NCBI GenBank assembly: GCA_023391275.1
Contig: JAEWBE010000058.1
Span: 1,411 to 65,410, forward strand
Direction: 5' to 3'
From: Bacillota bacterium
Lineage (GTDB): Bacteria > Bacillota > Clostridia > Oscillospirales > Acutalibacteraceae
DNA: 64,000 nucleotides
Of the stretch, positions 55,552 through 64,000 are shown in pieces (position 1 is the stretch's first letter; every line of letters starts with the position of its first letter). The notes under the pieces were generated by a model. The model was not told the origin of the DNA, did no database searches, and worked only from the letters and a program-made list of their open reading frames with translations. The position numbers were made by a program, and so were the translations under genes.

Positions 55552-58517
55552 ACAATATATTATCCGAAAAAGAATACCAGCATTTCATCACGGAACGGCT
55601 GGAGCATGATAACGGTTATGTCGTGCGCAAAGGCACCTCCTACGACCGCTTGTTTTCCATTGACCGTGAACTACTGTTCAAATTTCTGAACAACACGCAA
55701 GGCACAACTATGGCGGCTCTGCGAAAGATATATAAGGATGACTTGGAGGAAACCCTTGTCAGCTTTATCAATGCCGAGGCAACAAAAGCTCGCGGCAACC
55801 TTTTGGATATTCTAAAACACGGGGTTGAGATTTCCAGTATGAAGCTGGAGCTGATGTATACTAAACCGGCTACCACCTTTAACAAAGAACTGCTCGCAAA
55901 CTACGAAAAGAACATCTTCTCCGTCATGGAGGAGGTCTGGGCAAGCGACAAGGAACGGGTCGATTTGGTCATCTTCCTAAACGGCCTTGCCATCATGTCT
56001 TTTGAGCTGAAATGCAATGCCGCTGGGCAGTCCTATCAGGACGCCATCTATCAGTACCGCATGGAGCGCAATCCGAAGACGCGCCTGTTCCTATTTAAGG
56101 CGGGCTGCCTTGTAAACTTTGCGATGGATCTCGAAGAGGTCTATATGACCACGAAGCTGTCCGGCGACTCTACCTTCTTTCTGCCGTTCAATATCGGTAA
56201 CGGAAAAGGCGTCAACGCCGGAGCGGGTAATCCCACCTTCAAGGACAAATACAGTGTGTCTTATATGTGGGAGGATATTCTCACAAAGGATACCGTGCTC
56301 AACCTCATCAGCAAGTTCATTTTTGTGGAAACAAAAGAAAATGAGGATGAGCTGACTGGCAAAATCAAAAAGTCGGAAAGCGTCATCTTCCCACGCTATC
56401 ATCAGCTGGATGTTATCCGCAAACTGCTAGGCGATGTCCGTGAAAACAGAACCGCGCAGAATTATCTGATTCAGCACAGCGCCGGTTCCGGCAAAACTAA
56501 CTCCATCGCTTGGCTGGCGCACCGGCTCACTTCACTGCACGATACCGACGATAAAATCATCTTTGATAATGTGGTTATCATCACCGACCGAGTGGTTGTA
56601 GACCGTCAGCTTCAAAAAGCGATTATGGGCATGGAGCACAAGACAGGCCTGATTCGCGTGATGGACGATAAGTGCAACTCCGCCGACCTTGCGATTGCCC
56701 TCAAGGGCAACACAAAAATCATAGCAACTACGATTCAAAAATTCCCGTATATCGTTGACAGCGTCGCCGGACTGAAAACAAAACACTTCGCTGTTATTAT
56801 CGATGAAGCACATTCCTCCACTGCCGGAAAGGATATGGCAGCTGTCACGCAGTCCTTGGGTGCTGGCGAACAGGACTATAACGATGTACAGGACATCATT
56901 TCCGACGAGATTGCCCGTAACGGCAAGCAAGCCAATGTGTCAATATTTGCGTTTACCGCGACACCGAAGCCGACCACGCTCCAGCTTTTCGGACTGTTGA
57001 ATACCAAAGGACAGCGTGAAGCGTTCCACGTATACTCCATGAAGCAAGCCATTGAAGAAGGCTTTATTCTGGATGTGCTGCAAAACTACACGACCTATGA
57101 TACCTTCTATCAAATAAATAAAGAAATTCAAGATGACCCTCGCTGCAAAACTTCTGACGCAAAGCGTCAGATTGCCCGCTTTGTGGAACTGCATGAAACG
57201 AACATCTCACAGCGCATAGAGGTTATTGTGGAGCATTTCCGCACTTCGGTTATGACGGAACTGGGTGGCATGGCAAAAGCGATGGTCATTACAGCTTCCC
57301 GTCAGGGCGCTGTCAAATACCGCCAGGCGTTTGAGGACTATATCACAAAAAAAGGCTACAAGGATATTCACGCTCTGGTGGCTTTCTCCGGCAAGGTGAA
57401 ACTGCCAGGGGACGAAACCACCGAATATACCGAAGCCTCTATGAACGGCTTTTCTGAGGAACAACTCACAAAAGAGTTTGACAAAGATGATTATCAAGTT
57501 CTGCTGGTGGCAAATAAGTATCAGACGGGATTTGACCAGCCCAAACTGTGTGCCATGTATATTATGAAAAAGCTGAAGGGCGTTACAGCCGTGCAGACGC
57601 TGTCCCGATTGAACCGCATTTTCCCGCCATTCGAGAAACGTACATTCGTACTTGACTTTGTAAATGATTATGCGGATATTACTGCTGCCTTCGCACCGTT
57701 CTACACAACAACACTGTTATCCAACTCGGTAACGCCAACGGCGATTTACGACCTTGAGGCAAAGATTGATGCCTACACCGTTCTCGACCCAGACGATATT
57801 GAGAAGGCAAACGACCTAATATACAGTAACAACATTACCTCGAAGGACAAGCAAAAACTGACCTTCTATTTCAAGAAGGCGAAAAATCTGATTGAAAACT
57901 ACGATGTTACAAAGCAGCAGGAGATTGTAGCCTTAATGCGCCATTTCGTTCGGTTTTACCAATTCCTGCTTCAAGTCTCCTGCTTTGAAGATGTTGACCT
58001 GCATAAGAAGTACAATTTCATTACTTATTTGCTTTCCTATATCAACATCAAACATCCGGGCGGTGGATATAATCTTGATGGCAAAATCAAGGCTACGAAT
58101 TTCGTCCAGAAAAAGGAGGAGGAACATAAGAAATCCGAACTTGTTGCTCAGCCCGTTATGAAACTGCCGACCGCAGAGAGTTTTGGATTGACCGAGGCAA
58201 AAGAGGAACGACTTTCACAGATAATCGCCGAAATCAACAGCCGCACGGGAAAAGCCTATGACAATGATGTTGCGGTAAAAGCAATGCTGCAAATCCGGGA
58301 CCTACTGCTAAAATCGGACAAGCTGAAAACCAGCGCTCGGAACAACACCGTCAAGGATTTTGAGTTTTCCTATTTTGACGATATCGACGATGCCCTCATT
58401 GAGGGGCTTTCGCAGAATCAGGACTTTTTCTCGATGCTTTTGAGCAACGAGGAAATAAAGCGGCAGGTGCTTGGCATCTTCACCGATGAAATATACGCAA
58501 GCCTGCGTAAAGCATAA
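55548..58517 (+). CDS. hsdR: Type I restriction endonuclease subunit R (apparent start codon is ATA)
   Basis: DLVIFLNGL..ELK nuclease motif, HSAGSGKT, DEAH, TATP, QTGFDQP, QTLSRLNR; frame open back to ATA at 55548 behind a GAGAGGGGGG RBS. Confidence 0.92.
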   Translation: MNNILSEKEYQHFITERLEHDNGYVVRKGTSYDRLFSIDRELLFKFLNNTQGTTMAALRKIYKDDLEETLVSFINAEATKARGNLLDILKHGVEISSMKLELMYTKPATTFNKELLANYEKNIFSVMEEVWASDKERVDLVIFLNGLAIMSFELKCNAAGQSYQDAIYQYRMERNPKTRLFLFKAGCLVNFAMDLEEVYMTTKLSGDSTFFLPFNIGNGKGVNAGAGNPTFKDKYSVSYMWEDILTKDTVLNLISKFIFVETKENEDELTGKIKKSESVIFPRYHQLDVIRKLLGDVRENRTAQNYLIQHSAGSGKTNSIAWLAHRLTSLHDTDDKIIFDNVVIITDRVVVDRQLQKAIMGMEHKTGLIRVMDDKCNSADLAIALKGNTKIIATTIQKFPYIVDSVAGLKTKHFAVIIDEAHSSTAGKDMAAVTQSLGAGEQDYNDVQDIISDEIARNGKQANVSIFAFTATPKPTTLQLFGLLNTKGQREAFHVYSMKQAIEEGFILDVLQNYTTYDTFYQINKEIQDDPRCKTSDAKRQIARFVELHETNISQRIEVIVEHFRTSVMTELGGMAKAMVITASRQGAVKYRQAFEDYITKKGYKDIHALVAFSGKVKLPGDETTEYTEASMNGFSEEQLTKEFDKDDYQVLLVANKYQTGFDQPKLCAMYIMKKLKGVTAVQTLSRLNRIFPPFEKRTFVLDFVNDYADITAAFAPFYTTTLLSNSVTPTAIYDLEAKIDAYTVLDPDDIEKANDLIYSNNITSKDKQKLTFYFKKAKNLIENYDVTKQQEIVALMRHFVRFYQFLLQVSCFEDVDLHKKYNFITYLLSYINIKHPGGGYNLDGKIKATNFVQKKEEEHKKSELVAQPVMKLPTAESFGLTEAKEERLSQIIAEINSRTGKAYDNDVAVKAMLQIRDLLLKSDKLKTSARNNTVKDFEFSYFDDIDDALIEGLSQNQDFFSMLLSNEEIKRQVLGIFTDEIYASLRKA

Positions 58518-58528
58518 GGAGGGGTATC

Positions 58529-60919
58529 ATGTTTGAAAAATTCCGTTTGCAGGACGCTCTTGTAAAATACAAGCAGAATTTCGTTTCTACCCAATGGGGA
58601 AACGAGAAATACAAGTGGGAAGCAGTCAAGTTCTTTCAGGACAATTGGGACGTGAATGCGGCGGATTTTGCCGCCATGTTGACTCTCTCCCTTTCAAAAA
58701 CATATAACTTGCTCGCATCCATGAACAACTTTCCGGCGCGAATGATTGAGAAATTTGCGGAAACGGCTCCTGAAGAAGTGCGAGCGATATTCATTGCCCT
58801 GTTCGATGAAAGCAAGGAAGTCGTTACCAGAATTACAGATTTTAAAGACCAATCATCCGTTCTTCTCGAAAAGTATGGCAACGGCGCGGGACAGCATTAT
58901 CAATACGAAAACGCCGTCAGCACTTACTTATGGCTCCGTTATCCCGACAAATACTACATTTATAAATACGGCGAGATAAAAACCGCTGCAGATGAGCTAG
59001 GCAGTGATTATCGATTCAAAAAAGGTGCTTATGCGGACAATCTACACAATTTCTATAGCTTTTACGATGAGTTGTGCGCGGAAATCAGGAAAGATGAAGA
59101 GCTCATAAGTCTGTTCAAATCTCAACTTACGGATGATTGCTATCCAGACTCGGAATACAGAACGCTTACAATTGATGTTGGCTTCTACATCAGCCGTTAT
59201 TATTCCCAGAAAGAATCAGTGACCACTGACGAATGGTTTCCGACAGATTACGCGCCAAACATTTCTGTCGATGAGTGGGTAGAACTTCTTAATGACCCCG
59301 ATGTGTTTACGACTGGAAGCCTCGAAATCATGAAGCGTATGAAGGACTACGGCGGACAAGCTACTTGTACCCAGCTTTCTATCAAATATGGCGAGACGAA
59401 GAATTTCTATAATGCAGGCTCATCAGCTTTGGCAAAACGAATAGCTGAGAAAACAGGATGTCCCATAATGGATAGAGACGATGGTACCTCTCGCTGGTGG
59501 CCAATTTTATATGTCGGAAAAAATGCTAGTAAAGATGAGGATGGCTCTTTTACATGGAAACTACACGACGAACTGGCCGAAGCCCTGAATAAAGTCGATT
59601 TATCCGCTGTGCAGCTATATGTTTCCGTAGCCCCTGGTGAAGAGGAACACGGCTACTGGTGGTTGAATGCCAATCCGAATATTTGGAGCTTTTCCGAAAT
59701 CGCAGTTGGTGAAGTGCAATCCTACACGCTTTACAACGATAATGGAAACAAACGCCGGATTTTTCAAAATTTCTTGGATGCAAAAGCCGGTGATATGATT
59801 ATCGGTTATGAATCCAATCCGGTTAAACAGATTGTTGCCATTGGAAAAGTAAGTGCAGAGCAAGATGGCGAGAAGATCTATTTCGAGAAAATCGAGGGTC
59901 TTAGTTCTCCCATTGACTATTCGACGTTGAAAAGCTGCCCGGAGCTAGAGCGTATGGAATACTTCATCAATCCACAAGGCAGCCTGTTTAAGTTGACCAT
60001 AGGCGAGTATGATTTTATCGTAGACCTGATACGCGAAGAGAATCCGATTGCACCAAAAGAAAGCATCGATAAATATGATAAGTCTGCTTTCTTGGATGAG
60101 GTCTACATGGCCGAGAACCGCTATGATATGTTAGTCACCGTATTAAAGAACAAGAAAAATATTATCCTTCAGGGCGCACCCGGCGTTGGTAAAACCTTCG
60201 CCGCCAAAAGGCTGGCGTACTCCATCATGGGCGAAAATGATGAGAGCCGCATTGAGTTCGTGCAATTCCATCAGAACTATTCGTATGTGGACTTCATAAT
60301 GGGATATAAGCCGGTGACCGACGGCTTTGAACTGAAATACGGTATTTTCTATCGCTTTTGCCAAAAAGCCGCTAATCAGCCTGACAAAGACTATTTCTTC
60401 ATCATCGACGAGATCAACCGTGGCAACATGAGTAAAATCTTCGGCGAACTGCTTATGCTCATCGAGCGGGACTATCGAGGAACCAAGGCAACCCTCGCAT
60501 ACAATGGTACGTCCTTCACCGTTCCGAAGAACCTGTATATCATCGGCATGATGAATACAGCGGACCGTAGTCTCGCTATGATTGACTACGCGCTCCGTCG
60601 TCGGTTCAGCTTTTTTGAGATTGAACCTAGCTTTGATTCCGACGGGTTTGTCAAATACCAGAATTCGCTGAACAATGAAGCCTTCAATGAGCTGATTTCT
60701 AGAGTAAAGGAATTGAATAAGGAGATCACTCTGGACAAGTCTCTGGGTAAGGGCTTCTGCATTGGCCATAGTTATTTCTGCGAAAGGGACACCTGCTCTG
60801 ATGAATGGATGCAATCTATCGTTAACTACGATATTCTTCCTATGCTGAGTGAATACTGGTTTGACGACAGCGCAAAGCTCCAGCGGTGGGAGAATATCCT
60901 GCATGGTGTATTTCAATGA
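58529..60919 (+). CDS. mcrB: McrB-like AAA+ GTPase with EVE-like domain
   Basis: GAPGVGKT, IDEINRG, MNTADRS, ALRRRF, IGHSYF; YWWLNANP..W EVE-like domain upstream of the GTPase. Confidence 0.9.
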   Translation: MFEKFRLQDALVKYKQNFVSTQWGNEKYKWEAVKFFQDNWDVNAADFAAMLTLSLSKTYNLLASMNNFPARMIEKFAETAPEEVRAIFIALFDESKEVVTRITDFKDQSSVLLEKYGNGAGQHYQYENAVSTYLWLRYPDKYYIYKYGEIKTAADELGSDYRFKKGAYADNLHNFYSFYDELCAEIRKDEELISLFKSQLTDDCYPDSEYRTLTIDVGFYISRYYSQKESVTTDEWFPTDYAPNISVDEWVELLNDPDVFTTGSLEIMKRMKDYGGQATCTQLSIKYGETKNFYNAGSSALAKRIAEKTGCPIMDRDDGTSRWWPILYVGKNASKDEDGSFTWKLHDELAEALNKVDLSAVQLYVSVAPGEEEHGYWWLNANPNIWSFSEIAVGEVQSYTLYNDNGNKRRIFQNFLDAKAGDMIIGYESNPVKQIVAIGKVSAEQDGEKIYFEKIEGLSSPIDYSTLKSCPELERMEYFINPQGSLFKLTIGEYDFIVDLIREENPIAPKESIDKYDKSAFLDEVYMAENRYDMLVTVLKNKKNIILQGAPGVGKTFAAKRLAYSIMGENDESRIEFVQFHQNYSYVDFIMGYKPVTDGFELKYGIFYRFCQKAANQPDKDYFFIIDEINRGNMSKIFGELLMLIERDYRGTKATLAYNGTSFTVPKNLYIIGMMNTADRSLAMIDYALRRRFSFFEIEPSFDSDGFVKYQNSLNNEAFNELISRVKELNKEITLDKSLGKGFCIGHSYFCERDTCSDEWMQSIVNYDILPMLSEYWFDDSAKLQRWENILHGVFQ

Positions 60920-61977
60920 TTAAGGACAAGAGCATTTTTATCAAAAACATATACTATATGCTATCCTATGCCTTTACGTCCCTCAATCAATCAAACTTTG
61001 AGGACATCGCCACGGAAGAGTTCGATAACATGCACAATCTCTTTGCAGCGATCCTTGCCAAAGGTATAGGACAGCAGCTCAAGCAAGGGCTGTACCGAGA
61101 GTATTTAAATAAAAAAGAAGATCTGACGGTCATGCATGGCAAAATCGATATGCCCGGCACTATTCAAAATAAAATTGCCCGCAAACAGGCCTTGACCTGC
61201 GAGTACGATGAATTGTCTGAGGACAATACCCTCAATCAGATACTCAAAACGACAGTCATGCTTCTTTTGCGCCATTCAAAAGTTGATACCGAGTACAAAG
61301 ACTGTCTAAAGAAAGAAATGCTGTATTTCTCTAATGTGGACACATTGGACCCGTCCGCAATAAAATGGTCATCTATTCGTTTTCAGCGCAACAATCAGAC
61401 TTACCGGATGCTTATCAGCCTTTGCCAGCTCATTTTGCAAGGTATGCTTCTGACCACAGATGCAGGAGAATACAAACTGGCGTCATTCGTAGACGAGCAA
61501 AGGATGAGCCGACTCTATGAGAAGTTCATCCTGGAATACTACATCAAGGAATTTGCGATATTGGGCGCAAGCGCGTCACAAATACCATGGGCCTTGGATG
61601 ATGGCATAGGAACATTGTTGCCTGTTATGCAAAGCGACATCACTTTGTCGCGCGGCGAGAAAGTTCTTATAATCGACGCGAAATATTACTCACACACGAC
61701 ACAGGTCCAGTATGACGTGCATACCTTGCATTCCAACAACCTATACCAAATATTTACTTATGTGAAAAACAAGGATGCCGAGTTCGGCGACCGGACGCAT
61801 GAAGTTTCCGGCATGCTCCTGTATGCACGGACAGACGAAACCGTCCAGCCGGATAGCACCTATCAGATGAGTGGAAACAAAATCAGTGTGAGAACACTCG
61901 ATCTGAATTGTGAGTTTTCAGAAATTGCCGCGCAGCTCGACATGATTGCGAAAGAGCACTTCGGTATCATAGAATAA
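60916..61977 (+). CDS. mcrC: McrC-like nuclease subunit
   Basis: IKNIYYMLSYAF, LYEKF, QSDI..IIDAKYY..NLYQIFTY PD-(D/E)XK core; ATGA overlap with mcrB. Confidence 0.92.
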   Translation: MIKDKSIFIKNIYYMLSYAFTSLNQSNFEDIATEEFDNMHNLFAAILAKGIGQQLKQGLYREYLNKKEDLTVMHGKIDMPGTIQNKIARKQALTCEYDELSEDNTLNQILKTTVMLLLRHSKVDTEYKDCLKKEMLYFSNVDTLDPSAIKWSSIRFQRNNQTYRMLISLCQLILQGMLLTTDAGEYKLASFVDEQRMSRLYEKFILEYYIKEFAILGASASQIPWALDDGIGTLLPVMQSDITLSRGEKVLIIDAKYYSHTTQVQYDVHTLHSNNLYQIFTYVKNKDAEFGDRTHEVSGMLLYARTDETVQPDSTYQMSGNKISVRTLDLNCEFSEIAAQLDMIAKEHFGIIE

Positions 61978-61997
61978 CTAAGCAAGGAGGAAAAACA

Positions 61998-63557
61998 ATG
62001 GTGAACAACAAAATGATCCACAAATTTGCCGTAGAGTGGTTTGGCAAGTTCAGAGATACGAAAACCACAGAATATGATCTGGCAGGAACTCCGACCTTTT
62101 CCGACGCGTGTTTTTCCTTCGATTTCAAAATGGACTGCGGCGAAACGTTTATTGCCGCATATACTCCAGACACATTTAACGACTACCGCGAACTCGATAA
62201 AATAATCGATAGCGTTGATGATGTCCCTTTGCTGGGCTCCGCAATCTTCTCCAAATGGCGCTATTTCAATCATTGGGCATATAACCCCAGTGAAATCACA
62301 GAGCCAGGCAACAGGGCTTGGTTCATTACCGCATTTAGCAGACTGGAGCGGTTGACTTCCAATTCTGATGAATCGCCGTTTATCTTTCATGGAAAAGCGA
62401 AAAAAATCAAGATTATATCCAATTGCATGGGCTACGGGCCGATGCCACAGCCTGATGATGAAGCGGAGCAGCACCTTTCCATTACGGAGGACGGCAGGGT
62501 GTTCTTTTCGTCATATAACTATGGCGACGGCGACAAGTACACAAAAGCAAAGACTCGCAATCTCAAAGTGGAATCGGGTTCTGCGGAAAATATATTGAAA
62601 CTCATCGGCGATTACTTTTCAAACGAGTTTAATGTACCATATGCCACCGATGTCGGTGATTGGGAACTGTCCATCACGAATACTGACAATGCCACGTTCA
62701 ACTTTACAGGCTCTTTGTGCCCTATGATTCCAGAGCTTGAAAATGTGTCATCAGCTATCAGAACCGACTTGGATATGCTGGAACTGCTGGTGTTTGACGG
62801 ACAAGCCAATACGGATAGAATTGAGAAAATCGTTATTGACTACCGCAGAGTTACAAAGATAAAGCCAAAGAAACTATTTAATCCGAATATAGAGTATGTC
62901 AATTGGGACTATTCTGAACAGATAACCATTGATAGAAAAACTGAGACGTTAGAGCATATTCAAAACATAGGCACTGGATGCCAAGTCACAAGAAAATACC
63001 GTGTCGAAGAAGGCATTGTACAATTTTTGGATGATATCGATCCGGATAGTTTCCTTGTACATATTGAGGGTAATGCCCCTGATGCAATAACAGATCCGCT
63101 TGAAACACAAAATTATACAATCACCATCGATTTCCTTTACGGTATTCAAAGGGTTATCTCTGGTTCTTTTGATAAGAAAGGACTGCCGGATGGCTATCCA
63201 CAGTTTGCCGAAGACATCTACAGTTTTATGCGTTTTTACGGCATGGGCGAAATTCTTAATCCGTCTGCCTATGGCAAGACTCTTCACAGGCCGGGCGAAT
63301 ACATCTATTTGAGCGTTGTTTTCGAGGACGGTGGAAAAACATATTATTATAGGACCGATGATAACTGCCTCAAAATCGGGGATTTGTGTATAGTTCCCGC
63401 TGGAAAGGACAATCACGAAGCAATTGTCAGAATTGAGGGAATTGACATCTTTTCTGAAGACAATGTGCCGTTGCCGCTTGACAAGACAAAAATGATAACT
63501 CGTAAATGCACAAATGCTGACTTACAGCCATCAGAAGAAGAACATGCAACAAAATGA
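61998..63557 (+). CDS. Multi-domain hypothetical protein
   Basis: 519-aa ORF with AAGGAGG RBS directly after mcrC; C-terminal YYY..LKIGDLCIVPAG motif. Confidence 0.8.
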   Translation: MVNNKMIHKFAVEWFGKFRDTKTTEYDLAGTPTFSDACFSFDFKMDCGETFIAAYTPDTFNDYRELDKIIDSVDDVPLLGSAIFSKWRYFNHWAYNPSEITEPGNRAWFITAFSRLERLTSNSDESPFIFHGKAKKIKIISNCMGYGPMPQPDDEAEQHLSITEDGRVFFSSYNYGDGDKYTKAKTRNLKVESGSAENILKLIGDYFSNEFNVPYATDVGDWELSITNTDNATFNFTGSLCPMIPELENVSSAIRTDLDMLELLVFDGQANTDRIEKIVIDYRRVTKIKPKKLFNPNIEYVNWDYSEQITIDRKTETLEHIQNIGTGCQVTRKYRVEEGIVQFLDDIDPDSFLVHIEGNAPDAITDPLETQNYTITIDFLYGIQRVISGSFDKKGLPDGYPQFAEDIYSFMRFYGMGEILNPSAYGKTLHRPGEYIYLSVVFEDGGKTYYYRTDDNCLKIGDLCIVPAGKDNHEAIVRIEGIDIFSEDNVPLPLDKTKMITRKCTNADLQPSEEEHATK

Positions 63558-63640
63558 AAAATATCATATTTACAGGGTGTAGGAATGTATGCACATTTGA
63601 CGGAGACAATATTTCCGCAAAGCACTAGTGAACGATACAT

Positions 63641-63686
63641 ATACTTTTACACGAAACGTATACTTTTACACGAAACGTATACTTTT
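63641..63686 (+). repeat. 19-bp tandem repeat (about 2.4 copies)
   Basis: ATACTTTTACACGAAACGT twice plus ATACTTTT. Confidence 0.85.
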
Positions 63687-63836
63687 GAACGATTTGTCCA
63701 TGCAAAGTTTCAACTACCAACAGCAGGCATTCTGCAGACCAGACAAAAATAAAAATCCGCCCGTCAAAACACCGGACGGCATAGGTTAAAAGACTTGAAT
63801 AGTCCAGTATCGCTGGGCTTTTTTCTCGTTCAAGGC

Positions 63837-63877
63837 AAAAAAAGAGAACCTCCGATTGTATCAATCATTGGTTCTCT
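63837..63877 (-). terminator. tmRNA terminator
   Basis: AGAGAACC...GGTTCTCT stem followed on the minus strand by a T-run, immediately after the CCA end. Confidence 0.7.
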
Positions 63878-63880
63878 ATG

Positions 63881-64000
63881 TGGTGGAGATGACGAGAGTC
63901 GAACTCGTGTCCGAAAATCACTTACCAGAGCTTTCTACGAGTATAGCCTATGATTTAACATTCCCTCTGCGCTGCGCCCAAAGGCAGGCTCAGCGCTTTA
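63881..64000 (-). ncRNA. ssrA: tmRNA 3' portion (continues beyond the window)
   Basis: Minus strand ...CTCGTAGA...TTTCGGACACGAGTTCGACTCTCGTCATCTCCACCA: T-arm and alanine-type acceptor end, with no anticodon arm upstream. Confidence 0.88.

Noticed and set aside
60143..60916. 257-aa minus-strand ORF, and the similar 42658-43344 and 47639-48298 ORFs
   Set aside because: Antisense shadows of mcrB, tape measure and DUF2800 genes
63641..63686. Possible CRISPR array
   Set aside because: Repeats are contiguous with no spacers; no cas operon, and DUF2800 is a phage Cas4-like protein
63881..63960. Possible tRNA gene
   Set aside because: Only a T-arm and acceptor end are present; upstream sequence fits tmRNA, not a cloverleaf

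Overview
A 64-kb chromosomal window from a low-to-moderate GC Bacillota genome; gene content suggests Clostridia/Oscillospiraceae (inference). The left half (1-30.6 kb) holds accessory metabolism and resistance genes: a LacI-controlled sugar-type ABC importer with an AHL-lactonase-like MBL hydrolase; a TetR-controlled rifamycin phosphotransferase (Rph)-like gene; an arsRDA-acr3-arsC operon bracketed by a 13-bp direct repeat; MarR plus a heterodimeric ABC exporter; a TetM/EF-G-like GTPase fused to a Rae1/YacP-type NYN RNase domain; a TetR-controlled ABC/HlyD/TolC-like exporter; and a DUF134/NifB-NifX pair. The right half (about 30.6-63.9 kb) is an accessory island running up to the 3' end of tmRNA. 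It contains a MutT/DUF2726/MazG-like cassette, tandem large serine recombinases and a headless siphophage remnant with an apparently intact tail-tip and lysis module. The remnant shows two visible deletion junctions, one of which fuses a ParB-DNA methyltransferase in frame to the major tail protein. The island also carries a Zn-ribbon/hairpin/sigma-like regulatory module, XRE plus ImmA/IrrE, and a defence cluster (type I RM whose hsdR appears to start at ATA, an EVE-containing McrBC, and two unknown genes). All calls come from reading motifs by eye; no database searches were run.
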